From: an uncultured bacterium
GTDB lineage: Bacteria > Abyssobacteria > SURF-5
Length of the DNA: 64,000 bases
NCBI GenBank assembly: GCA_964607485.1
Contig: CAZSKP010000005.1
Coordinates: 64,001 to 128,000 of the forward strand
Direction of reading: 5' to 3'
Made by a program: the position numbers and the translations under genes. The notes beneath the pieces were generated by a model that had not been told where the DNA came from, did no database searches, and was given only the letters and a program-made list of their open reading frames with translations. Below are positions 49,384 through 59,227 of this stretch, piece by piece (within the stretch, counting starts at the first letter, position 1; the number at the start of each line of letters is the position of its first letter).

Positions 49384-49485
49384 TTCTCTTCTCCTTGGTT
49401 ACTGTACCCCTGTTTCGAAGTTCACGATGCCGCCACGAACCGTGGGAAGAAGCCAATCTCCATCCATGGTGCGGGCACATACGCG

Positions 49486-51147
49486 TCATTCCGCAATTCG
49501 GTGTGTCAATATGGCTCGCATGTCGGCGTAATACTTGCTCTCTCGCCGAATCGCCACATCCGACAGTTTTCCCGCGAGCGGAAAGTATTCGTAATGACTG
49601 GCGAAGTATGGGTTCTCGCGCAGCCGTTTTACCGTTTCTCTGTAATCCGGGTGAGGCATATAGACCAAGTCCGGCCGATATTTTTCAAAAAGGAAATCCG
49701 CGGAAAATCCCCCGCGGGCGAATCTCGTCTCGTTCAGGCCCGTCAGGTCGACGATGGTCTTCTTGGGATTGATTGCAGCCGGGAGACCGACCTCCGTGGT
49801 GGCGATGACGAGGTCGTCCGGCAGCAGCGAGAAATCGTCTAGACAGAACCATGTGTCGCGGTAGCGATGCCAATAGTTTTCCATGATGTTGAACCGGGTG
49901 TAGTCGCCCGTGACGAGGCTTGTGCGAATATCTCTCGACACCTGGAGATATCGAGGCAGAAGGAAACCCAGCAGGAAAAACGTGGCAAGCAGCACGACCG
50001 GTTTGGAGAAATTCGCGGATTTCCATTCCGGAAGCTTTTTGATAATTCTCGCGCCACCCTGAAAGGCGAGAAACATGAGCGCCGCCAGCGTCGGAAAATA
50101 GAAGCGCTGATTGTAGTGCATTATCTGCAACACGAAGAATAAGTAGTACAGGATGAACAAGCCCGTTGCGACGATGAGCCCTTTGTCGGTCGCCGAGGTC
50201 TCCCGCCGCCATCCTTTGAAGTAGATGAAGAAGTTCGCACCGATTATCAAAAACAAATACCAGTATGAATTGACGTAGGTGAGAAGCTCGTTGACGGGTG
50301 TGTCGGAATATTTCTTGTATATGAAATCTCCGTAAAGCTTCGAGCCTTTCGCGTAGAACGACAGTGGCAGGGGCGAGTTGAAATACCCTGAAGCCAACCA
50401 CGCCTGGCCGCCTGCAACGACGGCGGTAACACAAATGACAATGAGCGCGTTCCGTTTGGCCTTGCGGTCTGAGGCGAAGACGATGATCGAAGCGGGGACG
50501 ACGAATGAGTAGAGCAGCAGGTCGGGCCTTGCCGAAAATGCCAGGCCGCCCCACACTCCCATCAGCGCGATGCTCGCCCCGGATGCCGACCGCTCATGCC
50601 ATTTACTGATGAAAATATATGCCGCCAGAAAGGCGAGCGCGAATGCGGTGTCCATGCCGCTGGTGAAATGCGCCGCCAGCGGATTGATAGAGTTACCGAC
50701 GACAAGGGAAAAGGCGATGATCAGAAGCAAAGAGCGTTTTGCCGCAGGCTCGGCGTCCACATATCGCAGCAGCATCACCATCAGGATGAGAAACAAGACG
50801 CCGCATATGAGGCTCGATAGCAGGGCGGTCGCGACGGGATTGTGAGCGAACAAGGCGCGGAGCGGCACGACGATGCCGAGAAACAAGGGGGAGGTCAGAC
50901 CGTAAGTCGGCTCGCCTCCGGGATTCCACGAAAGTTTTCCATGAGCGAGCACGTTGTCTGCGTATCGGATGAACATGAATGAATCGTCCCAGATGTCGCC
51001 TCGGAAGAACTGGTTGCATATCTCCAGAACGATTATTCCGCAGCAGGCAAGCAGGACAAGCCAGTAACATGTCTTTAGAAGTCTGCGCTCCTCGACCACG
51101 TTTTCGCGAGGTAGCGTGTCCGATGAGGCCATGGAGTCGTCAATCAC
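49486..51147 (-). CDS. Polytopic membrane protein, GT-C glycosyltransferase-like
   Basis: WDDSFMFIRYADN...G.TSPL, SGMDT, RPD, PLPLSFYAK, DLTGLN; many TM segments. Confidence 0.75.
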   Translation of the reverse strand: MIDDSMASSDTLPRENVVEERRLLKTCYWLVLLACCGIIVLEICNQFFRGDIWDDSFMFIRYADNVLAHGKLSWNPGGEPTYGLTSPLFLGIVVPLRALFAHNPVATALLSSLICGVLFLILMVMLLRYVDAEPAAKRSLLLIIAFSLVVGNSINPLAAHFTSGMDTAFALAFLAAYIFISKWHERSASGASIALMGVWGGLAFSARPDLLLYSFVVPASIIVFASDRKAKRNALIVICVTAVVAGGQAWLASGYFNSPLPLSFYAKGSKLYGDFIYKKYSDTPVNELLTYVNSYWYLFLIIGANFFIYFKGWRRETSATDKGLIVATGLFILYYLFFVLQIMHYNQRFYFPTLAALMFLAFQGGARIIKKLPEWKSANFSKPVVLLATFFLLGFLLPRYLQVSRDIRTSLVTGDYTRFNIMENYWHRYRDTWFCLDDFSLLPDDLVIATTEVGLPAAINPKKTIVDLTGLNETRFARGGFSADFLFEKYRPDLVYMPHPDYRETVKRLRENPYFASHYEYFPLAGKLSDVAIRRESKYYADMRAILTHRIAE

Positions 51148-52763
51148 CTCCCCGGCGCGTCCGCATGCCTGGGAACCGAGGGGAAAAGTTCCCTGTCGGT
51201 GTGTGGAATGAAGATGGCGGCGTTGAGCCTGTTCATGAATTCGTTGTCGGTTGTCAACTGGAGATAGGCGGTTTTGCTGCGAATCGACTCTACCTCGTCG
51301 CGCAGTTTATATGAAGCGAGCATCAGACATGCTCCCAGCCCGGCGCTGTTCCCCAACACTTGGAATCGTTCCAGGGGGATATCGGGAACCATGCCGATCG
51401 TGACAGCGTGTCTCGGGTCGATGTGTTCGCCGAAACTGCCCGCGACGAAAAAGGTTTCAATGTCGTCGAAGCCGACACCCATTCTCTCGGTGACGAGCGT
51501 GAGCGCCGTGTACATCGCGCCCTTCGCTCTCATGAGATTCCCTATGTCCAGTTCATCAACGACAATGTCTTTTGCGCCATTTCGCTCGCCGGCCATAACG
51601 ACCGCGTAGCCTCTTACATCGTCACTCGTTCTGAGCCGGGGCGTCACGAGGCGGTCCGTGATGCGTCCCTTGGAGTCGATGGCTCCGGAGAGATACAGTT
51701 CCGCAACCAGGTCGATGAGGCCCGAGCCGCAGATGCCCTCGGCCGGACCTCCCCCGATGACCTCGACGGTGGGCTCGAGGGTTTCCCTGTCGATTCGGAC
51801 CCTCTCGATTGCGCCGTTCGCTGCGCGCATGCCCGCCTTTGCGCCGCCGCTCTCCAGCGCAGGTCCGGCGGCTCCCGCGCACACGACGAGCCAGTCGCGG
51901 TTGCCCAGCACTATCTCGGCGTTTGTTCCCACGTCCACCAGCAGCGAAAGTCCGCTCCTCCTGTGCATTCCAGACGCCAGAATCCCGGCAACGACATCAC
52001 CCCCGAAGTAGCTGCCGAGGTTGGGAAACACGTAAACGGGCGCATCCGCATGGGCGCTCAACATCAGCTCTCTCGCCTTCAGCAGCAACGCCCGACCGGT
52101 CACCGGCACGTAAGGTTCTCGGCACAGGTGGTACGGGTCCAGGCCGAGCAGCAGGTGCATCATCGCGGGGTTCCCGGCCACGCTGACCGCGTAGATATCG
52201 TTCGCGCGCAACTCCTGCGCCTCTGTGAGCGCGGCGACGGCCTCGTTGATGCATCCCACGACCGAGTCCCGGAGCGTCGCCAGCCCGCCGGGCGTCTGGC
52301 AGAAATGGATTCTCGAAAGGATATCCTCGCCGCAGGCGGTTTGGGGATTCTCCATCGCCATTCTGCCGGCTATCTCTCCGCTTGTCATGTTGACGAGGTA
52401 GAGGCTAACCGTGGTCGTCCCCACATCGATTGCGAGGCCGAAGCAATCGGTAGTGTCATGGCCTTCGAGCAGGTCGATGAGCTCCCACGTTCGCTCGCCT
52501 TGCGCCACGACGGCGGTCACCCGGAACAAGGCATTTCGCAGTACCGCACCGATTCGGCGGATAAGGCCCAGCGACACTTCCACCTCTTCTGGAGCCGGTT
52601 CTCCCAGAGTCAGACCGTCGTGCAACGCCGAGAGCACCCTTTCGACGTCTCCCAACGGGTCTTCGAGCGTCGGTTTCAACAGCTCGAGCCGGTGTTTGCG
52701 TGCAATCGGGTCGTCATGTGGGAGCGTAATCGGTCTCTCGCCGTCTTGACTTGAAAGAAACAT
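51144..52763 (-). CDS. ASKHA-domain corrinoid-protein reductive activator-like (RACo/DUF4445)
   Basis: AIDVGTTT, NPQ..GEDILSRI, YFGGDVVAG, DVGTNAEIVLG, AGAAGPALE, GICGSG, AGSFG, GNSAGLGA. Confidence 0.9.
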   Translation of the reverse strand: MFLSSQDGERPITLPHDDPIARKHRLELLKPTLEDPLGDVERVLSALHDGLTLGEPAPEEVEVSLGLIRRIGAVLRNALFRVTAVVAQGERTWELIDLLEGHDTTDCFGLAIDVGTTTVSLYLVNMTSGEIAGRMAMENPQTACGEDILSRIHFCQTPGGLATLRDSVVGCINEAVAALTEAQELRANDIYAVSVAGNPAMMHLLLGLDPYHLCREPYVPVTGRALLLKARELMLSAHADAPVYVFPNLGSYFGGDVVAGILASGMHRRSGLSLLVDVGTNAEIVLGNRDWLVVCAGAAGPALESGGAKAGMRAANGAIERVRIDRETLEPTVEVIGGGPAEGICGSGLIDLVAELYLSGAIDSKGRITDRLVTPRLRTSDDVRGYAVVMAGERNGAKDIVVDELDIGNLMRAKGAMYTALTLVTERMGVGFDDIETFFVAGSFGEHIDPRHAVTIGMVPDIPLERFQVLGNSAGLGACLMLASYKLRDEVESIRSKTAYLQLTTDNEFMNRLNAAIFIPHTDRELFPSVPRHADAPGR

Positions 52764-52796
52764 AAGATTTCGACGATTCGCCTGTAGATTGCGCGC

Positions 52797-53027
52797 TCAG
52801 CTTTCGAGCAGAGCCTTGAGCAATTCCAGACTCGACGGCTGACCGCCGATGCCGAAGTTTTCGGCCGGAATCTCCTCTATCAGGCACCACGTGAATGGCT
52901 GGAGCTTTTCCTTCGGATGGGGTCTGGCCTCTATCTCGGCCACGACCTCCGTCACGCGGGCTATCATTTCCCTCTTCTTCTCTTCCGACAGCACACCCTC
53001 GAACACCTTGATTTGAATCAGCGGCAT
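52797..53027 (-). CDS. 4-oxalocrotonate tautomerase family protein
   Basis: MPLIQIKVFEG (catalytic Pro1), EEIPAENFGIGG; GGAGG RBS. Confidence 0.9.
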   Translation of the reverse strand: MPLIQIKVFEGVLSEEKKREMIARVTEVVAEIEARPHPKEKLQPFTWCLIEEIPAENFGIGGQPSSLELLKALLES

Positions 53028-53249
53028 GATTACCTCCTTTGAATTGCAGGCCACAAGGCTGCCAATTACTTTACCATTTCACTCGGTCGATTAACAAGAG
53101 TTTTGATGGGCGGGAGTAGTGCGGGTAGGCGCAATCAATAGTGCGGGGACAAGATAACGCAAGCTACAGACATGTCTCGCTTCCGCTTGCGGATGGTAAG
53201 CGATAGGCGAAGCTCGCCGTGAAAGACGACGCTCCTGACCTTAGCTCGC

Positions 53250-53405
53250 TCAGAACTTGTACGCGCCGGTTATCAGAACGAGGAAAATCAGGAGCGCAAC
53301 ACCGAGAATGAGGCTGTAGCCGATCAGTTTCTTTTCAGTGGAGGAAAGAGGTTCCGCCTTCTCCTCCATCTCCTCGGCTATCTTGTTTTCCGCTGGGTCG
53401 GTCAT
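53250..53405 (-). CDS. Small single-TM protein (51 aa) downstream of the YeiH-type transporter
   Basis: Manual translation MTDPAENKIAEEMEEKAEPLSSTEKKLIGYSLILGVALLIFLVLITGAYKF; AGGAG RBS; below the ORF-track cutoff. Confidence 0.8.
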   Translation of the reverse strand: MTDPAENKIAEEMEEKAEPLSSTEKKLIGYSLILGVALLIFLVLITGAYKF

Positions 53406-53443
53406 TTTCTTTCTCTCCTAAAAGACTCTTGACAAACTCGGCC

Positions 53444-54895
53444 TCACTGAATAATGGGCGGCAAGATGCCGTGGAAGAACAGGAAGGAAATAAGCAGACC
53501 CACCCATATGATGAACCCGAAAAGGCACAGCAGGTACACCAGCGCGAGCTTTCCCATTCCTTCCTTTCTCAACGAGGCAAAGTTCGAGATCACTCCTATC
53601 GAGAAAAATGTCAGGGCGAAAAAGAGCTGCCGCAGGCTGTTGGTCCCGGAGATGCCCTCCTTTAGAGAGGGAACCAGCTTCGACACCGACAACCCAAGCG
53701 CCGCAACAAACAGGAAGGTGAAGAAATATCCGATGACGAACTTCGGGAACCGATACCATATCTCCATCTTCGGCACCTTGACGCCCGGCTTCTTTTCTAT
53801 TCCATACACCCAGACGATTGCCAATACGAATGCCCAGATGCCGATGAATATGTCGATGAAGATTTTCGTCGTCACTCCGGCCGTGAGTATCCAGTCCTTC
53901 TCGTAATTTATTCCCTGGACACTTAATGCTTTGGCGCGGATGAGGGCATCGGTTACCGCGCCGCTCGCCGCCGCCGCGCCGTCGGTCTTTATCGCGAGCC
54001 CCATCCAGGCGCCCGCGACCATCGGCTCCTTGTATAGCCACGCCTGCGCAGCGAACGGAATTATCACAAGCTCGACCACCGCAAAGACGATGACCAGCGA
54101 GGAAACGATGACGGGCACCACGGGCCGCGCCCTGATCGCTCCCCCCGTCGCGATGGCGGCCGACACCCCGCAGATGGAGATTCCCGATGCCAGGGGAGCG
54201 GCCCATTCCGGCGTGAGCTTGAACCATCTCCGGGCTATGAAATAGACGACAGGCCAGTAAATCAAATAGGCCTCGACGATGGCGCAGAGACCCCGGAAGA
54301 ATATGGTTTTTGCCAGACCGAACGAATGGAATGTCTTCAGGCCGACCACCGCGCCCAAAATCACGATGGCCGTCTTGATGAACCATTCCGGTTTTGCCGC
54401 GTCTTCAAGATATTTCGCCAGCCCCTTGAAGAAATTTCCCACGATGAGGCCCGCGATGAGCGCGACGATGTATCCCGCCTCCCCTGTCAGGCTCATCGAC
54501 CACGAAATGCCGAATTTCTCCCGGACGTTGGGCGTCGCCGCGATGTATGCCCAGTGTCCTGCGACCCAGCAGATGTAGGTGAGCCAGAATATTATGGAAA
54601 AGCCCAACAGATACTTTTTCAGCTTTGTTCCCAACGAGACCGCGCCGATTGCAGTGATTACCGTGACGAAGACGTACGTGAGGAGCAGCGAAAGGAGTCC
54701 CGGAATCGCGCCGTACTGTTCGGACGTGGTGCTCAGCGCTTTCGAGAGACTCGTATAAACATTCGTCTTAGCCACCCACCCAAGCAGATCCACTCCGAGC
54801 AGCGAGTTGCCCGTGCCCAGAAACACTATGAAGAGCCCGAGCCATACTGACCACCAGTCCTCGGTGTTGAAGGATGCTCTCTCATCTCTGGCCAT
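53444..54895 (-). CDS. Putative sulfate exporter family (YeiH/UPF0324) transporter
   Basis: EDWWSVWLG, PEWFIKTAIVILG, ASGISICGVSAAIATGGAI, RFPKFVIG; GGAGG RBS before ATG 54895. Confidence 0.88.
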   Translation of the reverse strand: MARDERASFNTEDWWSVWLGLFIVFLGTGNSLLGVDLLGWVAKTNVYTSLSKALSTTSEQYGAIPGLLSLLLTYVFVTVITAIGAVSLGTKLKKYLLGFSIIFWLTYICWVAGHWAYIAATPNVREKFGISWSMSLTGEAGYIVALIAGLIVGNFFKGLAKYLEDAAKPEWFIKTAIVILGAVVGLKTFHSFGLAKTIFFRGLCAIVEAYLIYWPVVYFIARRWFKLTPEWAAPLASGISICGVSAAIATGGAIRARPVVPVIVSSLVIVFAVVELVIIPFAAQAWLYKEPMVAGAWMGLAIKTDGAAAASGAVTDALIRAKALSVQGINYEKDWILTAGVTTKIFIDIFIGIWAFVLAIVWVYGIEKKPGVKVPKMEIWYRFPKFVIGYFFTFLFVAALGLSVSKLVPSLKEGISGTNSLRQLFFALTFFSIGVISNFASLRKEGMGKLALVYLLCLFGFIIWVGLLISFLFFHGILPPIIQ

Positions 54896-55200
54896 TTGAG
54901 TCTCCTCCTTGAGTAGCCACTGTATCCGTGGTGCCAGGCAAACAGTGGTCGGTTGAGATGTACGGGAATGGGAGAGCTGAATGTCCGGAAAAAGGGGCCG
55001 TCTTGCAGAAGGTGGCAACTGAGTCCCTCTGCCAAGCCATGCGGGGCAGGACGCTCACTAGGGCCTTTGAGTTTCGCCATCTGGCCCCTGATTGGAATGG
55101 GGTGAACAAGGCGCCGGGGCTCCTCTTCACGCGTTCCCTAGTAAACCATCTCCAATTTTAGTAGAGCAGGCCGCATATGTCAAGAATTTATCTGATGGTC

Positions 55201-56325
55201 TCAGAAGCCAAGAGCGCGAAGGCAGCTCCGGCAGGGGAGCGGAAGCGGGGCCTCTTCCTCTTCCGCCGCGGTTTTCCGCAGGGCAACAGAGGCGCCGCCG
55301 TCCGCTTCCGGCGGCAAGAAATATTGCATCGGGTTCGGCCGAAGCTCGACCTCTTCACGCCTGGCATGAGCCTCCCTGAACCCTGCGTATCGGGGTGAAT
55401 TCCATATTTCCAAAAGGGATAGCTCGGCCACGCGTCCGAGAACAAACCTCTCCACGCTGAGTGTCCGGCCAAGGTATCGTCTCGGGATATTTCCGCTTAT
55501 CGGAGGATTGAGGAACACGCAGGGAGACACCTCTCCTCGAACGCCGATGTACAGATTTCGCCGTGGCTCTTCGCGACAGACCGCCGTCGGCGTCTGCTGC
55601 GCAGGCTCATGATAGAAAGGAAGCGAGAGAAGCCTTGAGAGCCACGAGGCCCGGCGCAGATGTTTTCTCACCTGCCTGAGCCAGGAGGCACCCTCGTCGA
55701 GAAACACAAGATTGTTCTCTTGTTCCGGCGTGGAGACCAGAATGGGATTAATCGCTGTCACACTTTCGGTGCCCGCCTTTCTCGCTTTCCGCGCCGCCCG
55801 TGCGAGCGTCGATATGTTTGCCCGCGTCATCTGGAATGATGCGACAATTCGCGGAACTCTCGACCTGCGCTGCGATTTCAGCTCCTTCATCATCCGGATT
55901 TTTCCCAAGATTTGCTCCAACTCCGTGCCCGGTCGGTTCTCCTCATGGCATGCGGATGTTCCGCCGCCCAGGGAGAAAATGATCGAGTCGAGCCCGGCCT
56001 CGATCAAACGGCCGGCCGTCGCGTCTGTGAGCAGGGTGCCGTTGGTGGTTATCGAAGCCCTGCTCCCTCTTTCCGAAATCGCCCGGACGAGATCGGGCAG
56101 GTCTGCTCTCAAGAGCGGTTCGCCCCATCCCTGCAGATGATACAGCCGGCCTTCGGCTGCGGTCTCAGACACCACCCTTTCGAACACGCTTGAGGAGAGG
56201 TCTTCGGAAATCCACTGTGACTTCAGCTCGGGAACGCTTCGCGGACATGCGGGACAACTCAGGTTGCAGCGACTCGTCACTTCGATCTGAATGATGCCCG
56301 GCAGCTCCGGTGAGGATATAGGCAT
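55201..56325 (-). CDS. Radical SAM protein with SPASM/twitch domain
   Basis: EVTSRCNLSCPAC, QGWGEPLL, TTNGTLL, GEVSPCVFL, C-terminal CRSC. Confidence 0.9.
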   Translation of the reverse strand: MPISSPELPGIIQIEVTSRCNLSCPACPRSVPELKSQWISEDLSSSVFERVVSETAAEGRLYHLQGWGEPLLRADLPDLVRAISERGSRASITTNGTLLTDATAGRLIEAGLDSIIFSLGGGTSACHEENRPGTELEQILGKIRMMKELKSQRRSRVPRIVASFQMTRANISTLARAARKARKAGTESVTAINPILVSTPEQENNLVFLDEGASWLRQVRKHLRRASWLSRLLSLPFYHEPAQQTPTAVCREEPRRNLYIGVRGEVSPCVFLNPPISGNIPRRYLGRTLSVERFVLGRVAELSLLEIWNSPRYAGFREAHARREEVELRPNPMQYFLPPEADGGASVALRKTAAEEEEAPLPLPCRSCLRALGF

Positions 56326-56392
56326 GATGGCAACCAGCCGAGGCGGTTAACGAAGGGAAGCTCGACGAACGATGGTCATTTCCCCTGTCGGC

Positions 56393-57178
56393 CTATGGGT
56401 CGAAGTGCTCCGAAATGCGCTCAATACTGACGCCGCGCCCGGTAGAATCATCGACCTCCACCAGCACGGCCTGAAGCTGCAAGTTCTCTTCGGCGACCTC
56501 AAACCGCGAAGGTATGCCCGTGACGAAACGCGTGAGCACCTGCTCCGGTTTCATTCCGATTATGCTGTCGTGGGGACCGGTCATGCCCACGTCGGTGATG
56601 TAGGCGGTTCCGTGGGGAAGTATTCGCTCGTCGGCGGTCTGAATGTGGGTGTGAGTGCCCAACACGGCCGATGCCTTCCCGTCGAGGTACCATCCCAGCG
56701 CCATCTTTTCCGAGGTAGCCTCGGCGTGCATGTCGAGTATGACAACGGGTGTCTGTTCCCTTAACTCTTCGGCGAGTTCCAATCCGGTTCGGAACGGACA
56801 ATCGTTGCTCTCCATGAAAATGCGGCCGACCAGGTTGAATATTGCCGCGCGTCTGCCGTTGCCGGTATCGTAAATGATGCTTTTCGCGCCCGGGCTGCCG
56901 GGCGGATAGTTTGCCGGTCGCACGATGTTGTCCATCGAATCGATGGCTTTGCTCAACTCCGCCCTTCTCCACGTGTGATTTCCCATCGTGACGACGTTCA
57001 CCCCATACCCCATGATTTCCCGGATGAGTTGCGGTGTGGCTCCCAGCCCTCCGGCAAGGTTCTCGCCGTTGGCGATGGTCACATCGGGGGCATGCTGCCG
57101 CTTCACCGACGGCAAGTGGTCGCGGAGTATGCGCCGACCTGGACCGCCCACAACGTCGCCGATGAAGAGGATGCGCAT
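56393..57178 (-). CDS. ymdB: YmdB-like (TIGR00282) metallophosphoesterase
   Basis: MRILFIGDVVG, NGEN, TMGNH, RPANYP, DMHAEATSEK, GTHTHIQTAD, TDVGMTG; downstream of rny. Confidence 0.95.
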   Translation of the reverse strand: MRILFIGDVVGGPGRRILRDHLPSVKRQHAPDVTIANGENLAGGLGATPQLIREIMGYGVNVVTMGNHTWRRAELSKAIDSMDNIVRPANYPPGSPGAKSIIYDTGNGRRAAIFNLVGRIFMESNDCPFRTGLELAEELREQTPVVILDMHAEATSEKMALGWYLDGKASAVLGTHTHIQTADERILPHGTAYITDVGMTGPHDSIIGMKPEQVLTRFVTGIPSRFEVAEENLQLQAVLVEVDDSTGRGVSIERISEHFDP

Positions 57179-57205
57179 GGAAAGTCCTTTCTCTTATGCG
57201 TTCAT

Positions 57206-57236
57206 AAAAAAAGCCCCTCCCGCGAGGGAGGGGCTT
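57206..57236 (-). terminator. Intrinsic terminator between rny and ymdB
   Basis: AAGCCCCTCCC-4 nt loop-GGGAGGGGCTT followed by a T-run on the minus strand. Confidence 0.8.
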
Positions 57237-57248
57237 CTGAGTTACGAA

Positions 57249-58835
57249 TCACTTTGCATACTCGACCGCGCGGGTCTCACGTATGCATATTATCTTAATC
57301 TGACCCGGATATTCAAGTTCCTGCTCGATCTTCTTCGTTATGTCGCGAGCGAGCTGGGTCATCTCGGCGTCGCTGAGTTTTTCGGGCTCGATTATCACCC
57401 GAATCTCGCGGCCGGCCTGAATGGCATACGTTTTCTCGACGCCGACAAAGCTGTCGGCGATGTGTTCCAGCTTCTCCAGCCTCTTCACGTATGTCTCGAG
57501 CGTCTCGCGCCGTGCGCCGGGTCTTGCGGCGGAGACGGCGTCGCTCGCCTGGGTGAGGACCGCGATCAACGAATTGGGCGACACGTCGTTGTGGTGAGCC
57601 TCGATAGCGTTGACGATTATGTCGCTCTCGCCGAATTTCTTCGCCAGTTGCGCCCCGATGCGGGCGTGGGTGCCCTCGACCTCGTGGTCGAGAGCTTTCC
57701 CGATGTCGTGCACAAAGCCGGCGCGCTTGGCCTGTTGCACGTTGAGCCCCAGCTCTGCCGCCATTATGCCGCAGATGAAGGCGACCTCCTTCGAGTGCTG
57801 GAGCACGTTCTGGCCGTAACTCGTCCGGTACCTCAGCCGGCCCATCAGCCTTATTTCTTCCGGGTGCAGGCTGTGCACTCCGGTTTCCAGCGCTGCGTTT
57901 TCGCCTTCCTCGCGGATGGCCGTCTCCATTTCTTCCTGAACCTTTGCGACGACCTCTTCGATTCTGGCGGGATGAATCCGCCCATCGGCTATCAGGCGTT
58001 CGAGCGAAATTCGAGCGATTTCTCTTCGGATGGGGTCGAAGCCTGAAAGGATAACGGCTTCAGGAGTGTCGTCAACGATTATGTCGATGCCGGTGGCGTT
58101 CTCCAGGGCCCTGATGTTCCGGCCTTCCCTTCCTATTATGCGGCCTTTCATCTCATCGTTTGGAAGGGAGACCACCGAGACGGTCGATTCAACGACGTAG
58201 TCTGCCGCGCATCGCTGAATCGCGTTGCAGATTATTTCCTTCGCCTTTTTCTCGGCCACTTCGCGCGTCTCATCTTCTATCCTCTTAATGCGAAGGGCCG
58301 CCTCGTGCTTGACCTGCTCCTCAAGCTGAGAGAGCAGGAGTTTCCTCGCGTCGGCGGCGGTCAGGCCGGACAGGTTTTGCAGCTTGTCGCGTTGCTGCTC
58401 TATCAGGCTCTGGAACTCCTCGCGCATCTTGTTGACGTTCTTGTCACGCGCGCTCAGGTCTTTCTCTCTGGCGACGAGATTGTTTTCTTTCCTCTCGAGG
58501 AGTTCAACCTTTTTGTCGAGGTTTTCCTCCCGTTGAATCAGACGCTTTTCGAGCTCCAGAACCTCTTGCTTGCGCTCCCACGTCTCCTTCTCAAATTGCG
58601 TCCGCATCTTGAGGCGCTCGTCTTTTATCTCGAGGAGCCCCTCTTTGATTATTGAATTTGCCTCCTTCTGCGCGTTTCCGGTAATTCTCTCGGCGGCTTT
58701 CCTTGCGGAACTCAGACGCCGCCTGCCCAGCAAAAGCCATACGGCGAGACCCAACACCATTATTATGACCCCCACCGCAATCCCTATGAGAAGGGACAGA
58801 CGGGGGTCGCCAACGAAATAGCGGTTGAAATCCAC
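57249..58835 (-). CDS. rny: Ribonuclease Y
   Basis: N-terminal TM, coiled coil, KH ([14 protein letters not shown]), RTSYGQN, HD (HDIGKA), [24 protein letters not shown]. Confidence 0.98.
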   Translation of the reverse strand: MDFNRYFVGDPRLSLLIGIAVGVIIMVLGLAVWLLLGRRRLSSARKAAERITGNAQKEANSIIKEGLLEIKDERLKMRTQFEKETWERKQEVLELEKRLIQREENLDKKVELLERKENNLVAREKDLSARDKNVNKMREEFQSLIEQQRDKLQNLSGLTAADARKLLLSQLEEQVKHEAALRIKRIEDETREVAEKKAKEIICNAIQRCAADYVVESTVSVVSLPNDEMKGRIIGREGRNIRALENATGIDIIVDDTPEAVILSGFDPIRREIARISLERLIADGRIHPARIEEVVAKVQEEMETAIREEGENAALETGVHSLHPEEIRLMGRLRYRTSYGQNVLQHSKEVAFICGIMAAELGLNVQQAKRAGFVHDIGKALDHEVEGTHARIGAQLAKKFGESDIIVNAIEAHHNDVSPNSLIAVLTQASDAVSAARPGARRETLETYVKRLEKLEHIADSFVGVEKTYAIQAGREIRVIIEPEKLSDAEMTQLARDITKKIEQELEYPGQIKIICIRETRAVEYAK

Positions 58836-59227
58836 GATATCTATTTTCCTTCACCCCCCATAATAATATGTAAACGGAGCGCCCACCCAAAGCCAGCGCA
58901 GACACCCCTGCCTCACGTAACGGACGGACACGGTTCACCGTCCTAATTTCGTGTGTACCAATAGGTTGTCTCACAGAACTAATTGATCTCCAAGAACTTC
59001 GAAAATGTTGCAAAACTTTCGTCGCCAGTTACTCAATCTCATTGTCATTATAGATTGGCAGTACATGAAAAGTCAAGAACAAACATTGGCGAGGCTCCCC
59101 CTCCAGGTTGACAGAAGCGATGAATTTTCAAGATGTTAAGGAATGGAATGCGAACCTGCGTGCATCTTCGTCGACTGCTGCGGCGGACGTGACAACATGC
59201 CTTGATTGTGGTATCATTGTTTGATAT

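Noticed and set aside
58836-59227. 6S RNA upstream of rny
   Set aside because: This position hosts ssrS in some bacteria, but no long closed hairpin with a central bubble was evident, and zapA is absent; it looks like a divergent promoter region.
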